Shown: positions 1 through 11,802 of the stretch, one piece after another | How positions within the stretch are numbered: position 1 is the stretch's first letter | How the letters are laid out: every line of letters starts with the position of its first letter | From: Thraustochytrium aureum | Taxonomy: Eukaryota | Assembly (NCBI GenBank): GCA_012862495.1 | Contig: BLSG01000314.1 | Span: 220,609 to 284,608, forward strand | Length of the DNA: 64,000 nucleotides | Direction of reading: 5' to 3' | The notes under the pieces: model-generated | What the model was told of the DNA's origin: nothing | Database searches by the model: none | The model's input: the letters and a program-made list of their open reading frames with translations, nothing else | Position numbers and translations under genes: made by a program

Positions 1-120
1 CGGTTGGCTGACTCGGGTCCTATGTCCGATGCGACGATGCAACGCAAGTATCCGGTGTGTCTTGAGGCTGGCGGCGCCGCGCTGGCAGCGAGGTTGGGGC
101 GGCGCTGCTCGGCTGGCGGC

Positions 121-192
121 CAAGCGAGCTAGTAGGGCATAGAGCAAGCGAGCTAGTAGAGCATAGACCAAGCGAGCTAGACCAAGCTAGGG
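121..192. repeat. Short ~24-bp tandem repeat (caagcgagctagtagRgcataga), 2 full plus partial copies
   Basis: caagcgagctag recurs at 121, 145 and 169. Confidence 0.75.
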
Positions 193-351
193 CAAGCAAG
201 CAAGCCGCGCCAGGCTCCTTCTGGCGGCCTCGCAGCGCTCAGGTTTGAGCTCAGCTCGAGCAAGCTCATCAACGCGACGCATTCCCTTGGTTCAAGGACA
301 CACCGAGTTCAAACAAACATACATACAGCACTCTACACGCACCGGCGTAGC

Positions 352-1398
352 TCAGAGACGCGAGCGCGGCTTGTACATGGCACGAAGCCAATCCAAGTCC
401 GGATGCGGCACCGCTGAAAAGCGAACGACCTCCATGGAACGCGCGCTCGCGGAGAAAACGACAAACGCGCCAAGATTGCCCATGGTGTCGCAATAGTTGG
501 GCGCCGAGAAGAGCGTTACTAAGAGACCATCGTGCTCCTCGCTAAGGCCGTCCTCTCGAACCTCGTGGCTGCGGAGGAGGAGGTCCAGCCCGCCGTTTTC
601 CCGCAGGAACGCAGCAGTGACGTCGGGCCCGAAGCGAAGCCCTCCGCCCCGCTGCCGATTGAAAGACCGACCTGGAGAGGTGCCTGGGTCGCTCCAGAGG
701 CAGTCGTGCATCACGCCGTCGTGGCCAGGCTCCCTGAACCGGTCAACGCGCCGGAGGTCGTCTAAAGTGGCACGTTCGTCAGTGAACAGGCCTCCATGCA
801 GGACAAGGACTTGCTGGCCTGGAGCGGCGACGACGGCTGCGAGCGGAAGGCAGTCAAAGCAGAGCATGAACTTCTCATAGACGTGCATACCGAGCTTGAA
901 CGCGACTTCATCTCGAAACCCGTAAACGCCGGTCATCGCTCGCGTCTCGTGGTTGCCGCGCGTGATCCACACTCGGCCTGGCAGCGCAATTTTCAGGCAC
1001 AACAGCAAGAGCGCCAGCTCGACGCCAAACACCCCGCGGTCCACCACGTCCCCGTTGAACAAGTAGGCGTTCCCCTCGGCAGGCAGGCCGTTCCGCCTGA
1101 ACACTTCCACAACGTCAAACAGCTGCCCGTGGGTGTCCCCGCAAATCGTAAGCCTCGGCAGCGCCTCAGCTCCAACCTGAATCTCCAGCACATTGGGCTC
1201 CGTCCTCATCACTTTCGCGGCCTGCTCAAGCACCCAGCCGGCGTCGGCGGCGTCCAGCGGCGGGACCGCGGGCGGCATCGCGTCAGGCCCTTTGCCGTCC
1301 GGCACATTGGCATCCCGCCAGCCCTCGACCATAGCCAGCAGGCGTGCGGCAAAGCCGGCGGCGCGCCGGACGCCCTCGCCCCCGTCGCCCGCGTCCAT
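352..1398 (-). CDS. PPP-family Ser/Thr protein phosphatase, PP5-like catalytic domain (no TPR seen)
   Basis: Motifs GDTHGQ, GDVVDRG, RGNHE, HGGLF, LWSDP, FGPDVT, RSHEV, SAPNYCD and the C-terminal FSAVPHP typical of PP5; ATG at 1398 in the frame of ORF 352..3111. Confidence 0.9.
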   Translation of the reverse strand: MDAGDGGEGVRRAAGFAARLLAMVEGWRDANVPDGKGPDAMPPAVPPLDAADAGWVLEQAAKVMRTEPNVLEIQVGAEALPRLTICGDTHGQLFDVVEVFRRNGLPAEGNAYLFNGDVVDRGVFGVELALLLLCLKIALPGRVWITRGNHETRAMTGVYGFRDEVAFKLGMHVYEKFMLCFDCLPLAAVVAAPGQQVLVLHGGLFTDERATLDDLRRVDRFREPGHDGVMHDCLWSDPGTSPGRSFNRQRGGGLRFGPDVTAAFLRENGGLDLLLRSHEVREDGLSEEHDGLLVTLFSAPNYCDTMGNLGAFVVFSASARSMEVVRFSAVPHPDLDWLRAMYKPRSRL

Positions 1399-1806
1399 GT
1401 CCTCCTGGCTGCCCGCCGGTCTGCAGCAGCGCCTGGCGACGCTCGACGATGGCATTCTGCCCGCACCGCGATCGCCCGACGCCCGCGCGCCCCACTCGCT
1501 CCCCCAAATCCCCCAAAACTGCCACGATACATAATGCAATAATGGACCACAACCGCACGTTGTACAAGCAGGCTGGATATTTTTGGCCGGGTGTGAAGAG
1601 TGAGTGGAGGGTTGGCGCAGGTTTGGATGGGCGGCAACGACAGGCTGCGGACGCGGCAGAGCCCCATCGAGCTGCGGGCGCGGCGGCTGCGGGCGGGCGC
1701 AGGGCTGTGCGCCAGGAAGGGTCGTTTGCGGTCCTCGACTGACGTGCCGGCGAGCGCGCGCAGGGCAGAGGCAGGTTTTGGAGTGGGAAGTCCGGGTTGA
1801 AGGAAG

Positions 1807-3225
1807 ATGCTGTCGAAATTGGCGGGTGGAATGGGCGTCGCGCTCGGCGCCCGACGCGCCCTGTCGACGAACGCACGAGCGGTGAGCGGGCTGGATGCGA
1901 AGGTGTGCGTCGTGCTCGGGGCTCAGTTTGGAGACGAGGGCAAAGGCAAGCTGGCGGACGTGCTGCAAAAGGACTATGCGATCAGCGCGAGGTGCAACGG
2001 AGGCAGCAACGCTGGCCACACGCTCGTGATCGACGGGAAGAAGTTTGCGTTCCATCTGCTCCCGTGCGGCCTTGTGCACCCCAACGTGATCGGCGTGATC
2101 GGCAACGGCGTGGTCACCAACGTGCCGGCGATCTTTAAGGAGATGGCGCCGCTCACCGAGGCAGGCATCGAGACCAAGGGCCGGCTCAAGGTCTCGGACC
2201 GGTCGCAGCTGCTTTTCGAGTTCCACAAGCAGGTGGACGGACTTCTCGAGCAGCGCCGCGCAGGTGCCATGCTCGGCACGACCAAGCAGGGCATCGGGCC
2301 GGCGTACTCGAGCAAGTCGACGCGCAACGGCGTGCGCGTCGGCATCCTCAAGGAGGATTGGTCGGTCTTCGAAAAGCACTACCTCGCTCTCGCCGAGGCG
2401 CACGAATCCATGTACCAGGTCGACGTTGACAAGAAGGGCGAGCTGGAGAACCTCAAAGAGCTGCGCGCGCGCATGCTCGAGGATAACATGATCGTTGACA
2501 CTGTTCACCTTGTCAACAAGGCCTACAACAGCGGCCAGCGTATCATGGTTGAGGGCGCAAACGCGTGCATGCTCGACATTGACTTCGGGTCTTACCCGTT
2601 CGTTACCTCTTCTACGACGACTGCGGGCGGAGTCTGCACCGGGCTGGGCCTCAGCCCGGACAAGCTCGACTGCCGGATCGGCGTTGTTAAGGCGTACATG
2701 ACGCGCGTCGGCTCCGGGCCGTTCGCCACCGAGCTGACCGACGACCTCTCGGGCGGCGACCTCCCGCGCGGCGCCCCGGGGACTGAAATCGGCAAGCATC
2801 TGCAGGACGTTGGGCGCGAGTACGGTGTCACGACGGGCCGCAAGCGCCGCTGCGGCTGGTTTGACGTGCCGCTCATGCAGTACAGCCACCTCATCAACAA
2901 CTACTCGTCTCTCAACCTCACCAAGCTCGACGTCCTCGACGACCTTGACGAGCTCAGGATTTGCACCGCCTACCGGAACAAGCGCACCGGCGAGCTCATC
3001 CCCGCCGGCGCGATGCCCAGCACAATCGAGGCTGCCTACGACGTCGAGGCTGTCTATGAGTCGCTGCCTGGCTGGAACACCTCGATCGCTGAGGCGCGCA
3101 CCTTTGAGCAACTGCCCAAGGCGGCCCAGGTTTACGTGAGCCGGATCGAGGAGCTCGTGGGCTGCCCGGTCTCATGGATCGGCGTTGGCCCTGGCCGCGA
3201 GCAGATGGCCACCAAGGGATTTTAG
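1807..3225 (+). CDS. purA: Adenylosuccinate synthetase
   Basis: QFGDEGKGK, GGSNAGHT, GTTKQGIGPAY, EGAN, YPFVTSS, GVTTGRKRRCGWFD, TKLDVLD, IGVGPGR. Confidence 0.97.
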   Translation: MLSKLAGGMGVALGARRALSTNARAVSGLDAKVCVVLGAQFGDEGKGKLADVLQKDYAISARCNGGSNAGHTLVIDGKKFAFHLLPCGLVHPNVIGVIGNGVVTNVPAIFKEMAPLTEAGIETKGRLKVSDRSQLLFEFHKQVDGLLEQRRAGAMLGTTKQGIGPAYSSKSTRNGVRVGILKEDWSVFEKHYLALAEAHESMYQVDVDKKGELENLKELRARMLEDNMIVDTVHLVNKAYNSGQRIMVEGANACMLDIDFGSYPFVTSSTTTAGGVCTGLGLSPDKLDCRIGVVKAYMTRVGSGPFATELTDDLSGGDLPRGAPGTEIGKHLQDVGREYGVTTGRKRRCGWFDVPLMQYSHLINNYSSLNLTKLDVLDDLDELRICTAYRNKRTGELIPAGAMPSTIEAAYDVEAVYESLPGWNTSIAEARTFEQLPKAAQVYVSRIEELVGCPVSWIGVGPGREQMATKGF

Positions 3226-3568
3226 AAAGCAAAAGAGTCCCGTGAGCGTTGTCGCCTTCTCGGAGTTGCGGTGGCCGCTTTTCCATGCTCTCTACTAGCT
3301 AGAGGCCTTGGTTCTTTGGGGGTTGGCGGAAGCCGCCCGGGCGCCCTTAGCCAACCAAGTGTCTTGCCAGTACCCAGCGTCACTGCGCGTTTGCGTTGGT
3401 TCATCTCGTTTGAGATCAAACAGTGTGCCCCTCTCCTATCTTTCAATTGATAGCCGTTCGGCGCGCACGCCCTGGGGACCCCCAAAGTTGCTGTTCAATG
3501 AAAACAACGAAATCTATCCGGCAAAAAGGCGGGGACCGAGCAGACGGCTGGCGCACAGGCTGGCGTTC

Positions 3569-4821
3569 TCACTCGACCTTGGCCCGTTTGGAAGCAGGGT
3601 ACTGGGCGTCCGTGTCCGGGTACTGCAAGTCGGCGGGCAACGGCCCTGCAGCCCCCGCTTGCCGGCCGTCCTCCAGCGCCAGTGACTGGCCTGGTGACGA
3701 AGATGACGATGACGACCCGTCCGCCGTGGCGATTTGAGGGAGGCGGTACTCTGCGGGCACAGCAAAGGCGGCCTTTGATGCCTCGTGGCCAGCTGCCTTG
3801 ATGGCCGCGAGAACGGCGTCGGCGTTCGCCCTCCGATTCGCCTCGCGCGCGACCGGGTTGGGGTCGTCAAAGGCCCACTTGACGTCCAGGATCTCGTCGT
3901 GATCCAGGGTCTGGTTTGCCATCGCCTCCTTCGCAAGCTCGCAGTGCGACCGGAAGCGAAAGCGAACGAATGCGATGGCCTTGTCCCAAATCACATTCAC
4001 GTTTTCGACCTCTCCGAACTCGCCAAAGTGCCTTTCCACGACGCCCTTGAGCGCCTTGGGCGTGTCTGCGTATGGTGTTCTCTGCAGCTTGCCCACGTAC
4101 AGTGTGCGGCTTGGCTCGTTGAACGAGCCGACGCCTTGCATGTCGTCTCTGTGGCCCGCGTGCCGGTCGCGCCCAAACACGTCGTGCATCATATCGCGCT
4201 CAAGCCGGCCAATGTCGGCGTATGTCGGCAGCCGGTGGTAGAACCGGCAGGACTTGCCGCGCGAGCAGCACCCTTTGGCCCAGTTGATGCAAAAGTAGGT
4301 CGCCTGCTGTCGCTTGTCGGCCTGGGTGAACCCGGCGTGGAGGCCCACGTTGCAACGCGTCTTGGCGGGGTCCATGTTTCGCTTCTGGCTCCAGTGCTCG
4401 CCATTGTACTTGCCGTAGTAAATGTTAAAGTTTTCCGCCCCCTGCAGGTACGCAACGTCCTTGACGTGGGTCTCGTCGACCTGCTTTATTGCCNNNNNNN
4501 NNNNNNNNNNNNNNNNNNNNNNNNNNNNNNNNNNNNNNNNNNNNNNNNNNNNNNNNNNNNNNNNNNNNNNNNNNNNNNNNNNNNNNNNNNNNNNNNNNNN
4601 NNNNNNNNNNNNNNNNNNNNNNNNNNNNNNNNNNNNNNNNNNNNNNNNNNNNNNNNNNNNNNNNNNNNNNNNNNNNNNNNNNNNNNNNNNNNNNNNNNNN
4701 NNNNNNNNNNNNNNNNNNNNNNNNNNNNNNNNNNNNNGGCCTTCGTGCGCCGGCGCCTCGCCTCCGCCGCGCGCTCGCGGGTCTGCTGCTGCTGCTGCTG
4801 CTCTGGGCTTGCTGAAGCCAT
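3569..4821 (-). CDS. CWC2: Pre-mRNA splicing factor Cwc2 (Torus/CCCH zinc finger + RRM), interrupted by N-gap 4494-4737
   Basis: FNIYYGKYNG, TRCN..HAGFTQAD, FCINWAKGCC..G..C.FYHRLP, DVFGRDRH..HRDDMQGVGSF, AKEAMANQTL, WAFDDPNP; the start at ATG 4821 (MASASPEQQ) is inferred across the gap. Confidence 0.9.
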
Positions 4822-5321
4822 CCGCCGTGCAGTTCGCGTCGCAGGGGGTACCTGTGTGACGAGAAAAGTCGCGGCGTGCTCGTCTCGATAGTGAGTGGCT
4901 CGAGAACATGGGCCGGCCGGGCGCCCTGCCTGTGGCCTGCCTGCATGAAGGCATGCGCGCCAGTCGAGCGGACCTGCACGAGGACCGCGAGACCCTGGCC
5001 GCGGCGCCAGGCCCGCCGCTGCGGCAGTGCCGGAGACGGAGTGGCCGCGTTCGGTGCTGCTGGGCTGGGCAGATGCTACTGGGTTGGTTAAAATGCCGCT
5101 GCTGCTGGGTGTGGGTATCAGTGCTGCTGGGGTGGTTTCTTTTGCTGCTGGGCTCGCGGCGGCGCGGGCGGCAGATGCTGTTTGGCGCGTGTCGTGCTGG
5201 CGCTGGTGCTGGCGCTGTGCTGGCGCTGTGCTGGCGAAGGCTGCCGTGCTGCCTCTTCTCACGTCGCTCGCTGGCAGCGCTGCTTGATTCCTGCTGGAAG
5301 CGGAGCGGAGCAACGGGGACG

Positions 5322-8300
5322 ATGGACACGTTGGAGTCGCACGCGTCGATCAGGGTGCTGGTCGTTCCGTTTGGAAACACCTCGGTGGCCGCGTTTAAGC
5401 GGTACTTTAAGAGCGTGAGCAAACTCCAGGAGATACCGCTGCTACTTGTGCAGGATGCGCTATCGGGGCTGACGGCGCTCGAGCATCGCGACGCTCAGGT
5501 CGGGGTGCTCCGGTTTAACTTTGTTGTGCGCGGAGCGCCTCGACGCAACGACAAGGAGACGCAGCCGGGACAACGCGATTCCCAAGATGCCGACGAGGCT
5601 GCGAAGGCGTCGAGCCCGCGCACTCCCAGTCGGGCCACGGAAGCGTTGAATTTTGCGCAGGACGACCAGACCCTCGGAACCCTCGGCCTCCACACGCTCC
5701 AGGCGCACCGGCGGTGCGTGGCCGTGCTTGGTATCTGCGACTGCCCTTCGACGCCAGACCTGGCCGGCGCGCTCGCAGAGTTCCAAGAGCTGGTTTCGCG
5801 CTACCCAGCCACCACCGTCGCCCGATGGTGCGCGTTCAACATCACAGACGAGCAGATCAGCGACGACAGCGTTCAGTTTTTGTTGGACAATGGCATGGAC
5901 ACCATCTTTCCCGAAAATGTCGATTTGCAGATCGAGCGCGTCCTGTGCAACCTGAGCACCACTCTGCTGCAGCAGTTTGACGNNNNNNNNNNNNNNNNNN
6001 NNNNNNNNNNNNNNNNNNNNNNNNNNNNNNNNNNNNNNNNNNNNNNNNNNNNNNNNNNNNNNNNNNNNNNNNNNNNNNNNNNNNNNNNNNNNNNNNNNNN
6101 NNNNNNNNNNNNNNNNNNNNNNNNNNNNNNNNNNNNNNNNNNNNNNNNNNNNNNNNNNNNNNNNNNNNNNNNNNNNNNNNNNNNNNNNNNNNNNNNNNNN
6201 NNNNNNNNNNNNNNNNNNNNNNNNNNNNNNNNNNNNNNNNNNNNNNNNNNNNNNNNNNNNNNNNNNNNNNNNNNNNNNNNNNNNNNNNNNNNNNNNNNNN
6301 NNNNNNNNNNNNNNNNNNNNNNNNNNNNNNNNNNNNNNNNNNNNNNNNNNNNNNNNNNNNNNNNNNNNNNNNNNNNNNNNNNNNNNNNNNNNNNNNNNNN
6401 NNNNNNNNNNNNNNNNNNNNNNNNNNNNNNNNNNNNNNNNNNNNNNNNNNNNNNNNNNNNNNNNNNNNNNNNNNNNNNNNNNNNNNNNNNNNNNNNNNNN
6501 NNNNNNNNNNNNNNNNNNNNNNNNNNNNNNNNNNNNNNNNNNNNNNNNNNNNNNNNNNNNNNNNNNNNNNNNNNNNNNNNNNNNNNNNNNNNNNNNNNNN
6601 NNNNNNNNNNNNNNNNNNNNNNNNNNNNNNNNNNNNNNNNNNNNNNNNNNNNNNNNNNNNNNNNNNNNNNNNNNNNNCCCGGCGGGCGTTGGCCCCGAAG
6701 CCGAGGAGGAGTACCGGCTCGAGTATGCTGAGCGGCAGCAGCAGCAGGCCGAAATGCTGTTCCGCAACATTTGCATTCGGAGCGCCATTCTTTTCGAGCA
6801 GTTCGGGTTCTCGCGCAAGGCCTCGTTTGCCTTGCAACAGGCCTCGCAGCACGAGCCCAATTGGGCGGACTCGTTTGCCCTGCTGCAACTCGCAGCTGAT
6901 CGTCTGGGCATCTCGCCTGCCTACACAGCCCTGGCCCCGGCCGAGCGGGGTTGCGACTCTGCCGATGCAAGCATGGCACCAGGCTCAGGAGCCGCGGCGT
7001 CTTGGCTGTCTACGAAGCGGGTCATGCTCCAGACCCTGGTCGAGGCGGCGCAAAATGCCGGGCGGTCGCACCTCGCCATCGACTACGCTTTGCAGCTGAT
7101 CGACCTCTCTGCGCGCAACCCGGTTGCGCAGCTCGAGCTCTGCGAAATCGTCAAGGCATGCGTCTCCGCGGGGGGGCTCAGCTACCTTGCCCGGCCATGC
7201 TGCTTCCCAACACTCGCCTCGCTTGACCTCATCAAGGCACCCGAGCACCTCGCCCTGCACAAGCGCAAGCTTGTCAAGCGCCCTGCCGTTTCCACGTCCG
7301 GCAAACCGAGCCCCGCTTCGCCAACCTCCCCGGCGTCTCCCCTGTTTTACTCGCCTTTCGAAAAGGAAGAGGCGGCCTGGAGAGCAAACGCGGGCACCGC
7401 CGCCGACGGCAGCAACTGGAACCCCAGCACGACGTGGGTGGAGAACGAGATCGCGAGTGTCGTCGTCGTCCTGCACAACCACACGGCGTTCCCCGCCGGG
7501 TCGACTCGCTCTCACTAGATGTCCGCCCATTCGATGCAGGGGCACCGGAGAGCGGGGCGAGGCGTCTGCACAGCAGCCGTCGCTGGCTTCCTCTTTGGCC
7601 GACCAGGAGCTCCCGATCGAGTGCCACCGAGCCTCATTCACCCTCCGAGCGCACGAAAAGGCACACCGCGTCACTCTCTCGGCTCGGCCGCTGGCCCAAG
7701 GCCGGTACGTTGTGTACGGCTGCGTCGTGTCTGCACTAGGTCTTGTCAGCCGCCACAAACTGCCGGGCGATCCCACGCAAGTCGAGGTAGTCGCCGAGAT
7801 GCCAAATATCTCTGTCGAGCATCTCGCGCAGCGGCAGGCTGCGGCGCTACGGGGACGGTCGGAGCTCCTGGACGGCGAGCTCTTCCCCGTGCGCTGTGAA
7901 CTCTTGCAGACGGCTGGGGTTCCAGCCACTGCGTGTGTTGTCCACTCCTCTGTCAGCTTTGAGCCGCCGAGCTCGCTGAGCTACCGATCAACAGCCCCGG
8001 AGCTGGACGGTGATCGAAGCCAACTTACAGAGCTGGTGGCTCTCGCACGTGCGAGCGCAGGGCTTGCCCGTGCAGGGCCGGGTGGCGCAGACGGAGACCC
8101 GGTCGCAGACTATCTGATCACGTCTTCGAGCGTGCTCGAGTCTCAGCGCGCCAAGGTAGAAACGGTCGTCAGCGGGCTGGGCGAAGCCAACGCACGGCTC
8201 GCGTCAGCCCTCGCAGACCTAGCCAACATGGAAGCCGAAGCGGTCGCTAGCGTGCCGCTGCGCTTCGACTTGGTGCTCGAGGCGCATCGCGGCTGCAAGA

Positions 8301-9175
8301 ACGTCGACGTGCAGGTCGCGTATAGCGCGCACGATCTGCCGCTCGAGCGGCGCTGCAAGCTCTCGTTCCAGCTTGACGTCAAGCCAGGGCTCCAAACGCT
8401 CTTTGTCGATATTCTCGCGGACCCGTCTGCGATGCCTGGGCCGGCCGAGCTCGGCGCTGCCTCGGATGCGCGGATACTCGTTGTCGTCGAGGTCGTCAAC
8501 CACGCCAACGAGCCCCTGCTCCTCAAGGCAAGCCCAGTCAACCAGCCCTCGCCGCCGTGGCAAGACTTGGGCCAAGCGCTCGAAATCCAACCCCACGCTA
8601 TGCGCCGCCTCGTCGTTCCTGTGCGCTGGGATCGCCGCGATGCACGCGTGGAAGACGTGGGCCTCTGGGTGGACGAGCATCTCCGCCTGTCGTGGCATAA
8701 CACGGGGCAGCCGCGTCGGCAGGGTCTCGTTCGGTGCCAAGGTCGGGCCAAAGTCGCTGCGGGAGCACGGGCGGCGCTTGGCGCGTCTGGCCTGGCACTC
8801 GAGCTTGCTGCTGTTCATGCTGGCGTTGGCGAGGGCGGCTGCGCTCGCCGAGACGTTCGCTTCAAGGTGCGCAACCAGTCTGATTCAGCCAGGTTTGGAC
8901 CTCTCCATGCCAGTCTGCATGTGAGCCCTGGGCCGCATGCGGACGCCGTCGTGTGGTCCGGCGCCCTCTCGCTGGCCATCGATTCGATCGACCCGGGGGA
9001 GTGTGCCGAGCACACAGCGTCGTTTTGCTCGCTTTTGGACTCTGAGAGTCCCGCTAGCGACTGTGTCGAGCGTGGTGTTGTGGAGCTTGTTCTTTTCGTG
9101 GCCGAAGACGCTGGCGCGCAGCGGTCTTGGTCGCAGAGCCTGCGCGTCGATTTGCTGGCTGCAGCCTCTAGCTAG
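5322..9175 (+). CDS. TRAPPC9: TRAPP II subunit TRAPPC9/Trs120-like; gap 5983-6677 and two apparent -1 frameshifts near 7495 and 7555
   Basis: N-terminal IRVLVVP...QAHRRCVAVLGICDCP; FEQFGFSRKASF; PLFYSPF; WVENEIASVVVVLHNHTAFP then RVDSLSLDV (second frame) then ECHRASFTL..VTLSARPL..G.YVVYG (third frame). Confidence 0.8.
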
Positions 9176-9309
9176 AGCTAGTTGACGCAACTCGGGAAGG
9201 GCTGGCTCGCGCGGTTTTTTTGAACGGCCTCTTGGCTCTTGGGCGGCAAGACGCACCGTCCGCGTTACGGCGCACAACAAGCAAGAATGATGCCTTTTAT
9301 ATTGTTCCT

Positions 9310-11802
9310 CTACAGCGGAGCGAGCTGCCGCGGTGGCGCCGCGCCGTCGCGCATCAGGTTTCGACGACCTTGGCGCGACTGGCACCGGTCACCATATCCG
9401 GCAGTCTTCAGGCCCTCCTCGCTCGGGAGGTCAGCGGTGGGCCACTGAACGGCAGCGTTGCCGCTGTCTGCCGCGTCGATGGGGTCCAAGTCCCTTGAAC
9501 GGCGTCTGGACTTTGCCGCCTTGCGCTTGGCATGCATGGAAGCTAGGTCAGGATCTGCGAAAGGATCGACGTCGGCTCGCGGCGACGGCTCCTCCTCGTC
9601 TTCTGCCGGCGCCCCACGGCGCGCGCGCTCCCTTTCCTTTTCTTTTTTCCGGCGCCGCCGCTTCTCGCGCTCGCGGTCTTTGGCAGAGTCGCGTCCGCTG
9701 CCTTCTCCAGAGCTGTCTCGGCTCCCCCGGCGGGCCCTCGGGGACGGCTCGGCCAGTTCGGCACCGCCTTCTGGAGGCTCGCCATTGAGGCCAGGAAGGG
9801 TGAGCGGCTTGAAGCCTTTGCGGGGTCTGAGCTTGGGCAGGCGCCACTCCCCTTCCTCGTCGTCCCACTCGCTCATTTCGTAGAGCTTGCTTCGATCGGA
9901 GGGGAGCAAGAAGAGGTCTAGTACTTGGTCGAGCCGTTTGAGCTCGCGCGTCTGCTCGCGGATCGTCTCCAGCAGCGACTCCCGCTCGCCCTGAAACTCT
10001 TCCTCCAGGTCGCGCATCTCGGCGCGGACGCGGTCCATTTTCCCGATCATCGATTTTTTCAAAGCACGCAGCGCCTTTTGCTTGGCTTCTGCGACCCCCT
10101 GCGCGTTCTTGCACTCCTCCTCGATAAGCCGCTTCTCCTCTTCTGCACGCTCTTTGGCTTGGCGCAGCTCCGCTTCCTTGCGCTTTTGCTCCTTTAGCTT
10201 GAGGTGCGCTTTGCGAACCTCGCGCTGCTTCTTGGCGGCGACCATCTCCTCGATGCGCTTGGCGTCGTGCGCCGTGTCGTTCCCGAGCACCTTGGTTTGG
10301 AGCGACTTGAGTTTCTCCTCGAGCCTGAGGCGCTCCTCGTGCTGACGGAGGATCTCTGCTTCTTTTTTGTCGAGCTCTTGGCCGAGGCGGTTGCGCTGCT
10401 CCACGACAGCTTCGCTGTAGTCTTGCAGGGCCTTGTTTTCGGCGACCACTTTCTCGTCTGGCACAGACACTACCTTTTCCACAACTTTCTCCACCTCAAC
10501 GACTTGGCGATGTCCCGGGCTGGTCGCTGGCGCTTGAGACGAGGCCGCGTCAGCCTGTGCGCCCGGCGCGGCCCCGGTGGCGCTGGCAGGCAGGCTTAGG
10601 GCATCGTTTCGTTGCCGGCCGGCCTCGGGCGTGCCACCGATCCCTTCCGCCAACTGCCGCTCGAGCATGCGCTTGAGCTGCTCGATCTCCTCCTTGTATT
10701 CGCGCAGGAGCGTGTCTTTGGGGTCCTCGTTGATGACCGGCTTGTTTTTAATGTTCTTGGCGCGGTTCGCGTACCGCAGTGTGGAGAGCGTCTCCTCAAA
10801 ATTGTAGTCTGCAGGGCTGACGGCGCTGATCATCACCGTCTTTGTGTTGCCCCCTAGCGAGTCTTGCAAGAGGCGCGTGAGCTTGGAGTCGCGGTAGGGG
10901 ATGTGCTTGCCCTTGCCGTCCACTAGCGCCGCGATCACGTTTCCGAGCGCGCTGAGCGAGAGGTTGATCTGCGCGCCCTCCTTGAGTCGCGTCCCGGTCG
11001 CCCCAGTCTTGCTCTGTCGCTCTGAGCCTGCCAGATCGACCAGGTTGAGCTTCCCCATTCGGTAGTGGTTTTCGCCCGTGTCGTCCACTTCGTTCACCTC
11101 AATAACGACGCCGAAAATAGAGTGTGATCTGGACGAGACGCTGTTCATCAGCGTCTCGCCGACGGTGCGGTTTGCCGTCCCGCGCTCCAGCACGGCGTCG
11201 ATCTGCTGCCTGTCCTCAACGACCTCGTACATGAGGTCTTTGACGAAGACGCCCTTGTCGGGCGTCTCCTTCAGCTCGAGCTTCTTTTTCGGGTCGTTGG
11301 ACATGAGGTCCCGGATCTCCTCGTTGTAGATCTCGAGGAAAGAGGCACGGACGAGGAACTCGAGCTTGTGGCCTTCCCCAGCAGCGTCGTTTTTGAGCTG
11401 AATGGTGTTGAAGATGTGCTCGAACGAGTTGGGGATGATGCCTCGCAGCTTGCCGCGCTCCTCTTCCGGGAGCGCAGCGGGGTTGGGGTCTTCCATGCCC
11501 GTCATCGTCCAGGTCTTGCCGCATCCGGTTTGCCCGTACGCGAATATCGTCCCGTTGAAGCCCTCGAGCACGCTTTCTACCAGCGGAAAAGCTGTTTCGT
11601 CGTACACCATGCGCTGGGTCGAGTCGCTGTCGTAGACCGCATCGAAGGTGAACCCTTTGTTGCTGCCGGGCTTGTGTGGGTTGGCGATTTCCACGTACCC
11701 GGTCTCCGTGTTCATCGTGACAATGCTCTTGCGCTTCTCCTCGGTCTCTTTTCTATTTGGCGGGCGGCACCGCACGACCACCTTGACGCATTCCCCGCTC
11801 AT
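9310..11802 (-). CDS. Kinesin-2 family (KIF3/KIF17-like) motor with coiled-coil stalk
   Basis: ECVKVVVRCRP, FAYGQTGCGKTWTM, SSRSHSIF, KLNLVDLAGSERQSKTGATG.RLKE, HIPYRDSKLTRLLQDSLGGN, YANRAKNIKNKPVINEDPKD. Confidence 0.95.
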   Translation of the reverse strand: MSGECVKVVVRCRPPNRKETEEKRKSIVTMNTETGYVEIANPHKPGSNKGFTFDAVYDSDSTQRMVYDETAFPLVESVLEGFNGTIFAYGQTGCGKTWTMTGMEDPNPAALPEEERGKLRGIIPNSFEHIFNTIQLKNDAAGEGHKLEFLVRASFLEIYNEEIRDLMSNDPKKKLELKETPDKGVFVKDLMYEVVEDRQQIDAVLERGTANRTVGETLMNSVSSRSHSIFGVVIEVNEVDDTGENHYRMGKLNLVDLAGSERQSKTGATGTRLKEGAQINLSLSALGNVIAALVDGKGKHIPYRDSKLTRLLQDSLGGNTKTVMISAVSPADYNFEETLSTLRYANRAKNIKNKPVINEDPKDTLLREYKEEIEQLKRMLERQLAEGIGGTPEAGRQRNDALSLPASATGAAPGAQADAASSQAPATSPGHRQVVEVEKVVEKVVSVPDEKVVAENKALQDYSEAVVEQRNRLGQELDKKEAEILRQHEERLRLEEKLKSLQTKVLGNDTAHDAKRIEEMVAAKKQREVRKAHLKLKEQKRKEAELRQAKERAEEEKRLIEEECKNAQGVAEAKQKALRALKKSMIGKMDRVRAEMRDLEEEFQGERESLLETIREQTRELKRLDQVLDLFLLPSDRSKLYEMSEWDDEEGEWRLPKLRPRKGFKPLTLPGLNGEPPEGGAELAEPSPRARRGSRDSSGEGSGRDSAKDREREKRRRRKKEKERERARRGAPAEDEEEPSPRADVDPFADPDLASMHAKRKAAKSRRRSRDLDPIDAADSGNAAVQWPTADLPSEEGLKTAGYGDRCQSRQGRRNLMRDGAAPPRQLAPL

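Noticed and set aside
1399..3111. N-terminal ~570 aa of the 919-aa minus-strand ORF
   Set aside because: It is the antisense shadow of purA in GC-rich DNA; only 352..1398 has phosphatase motifs
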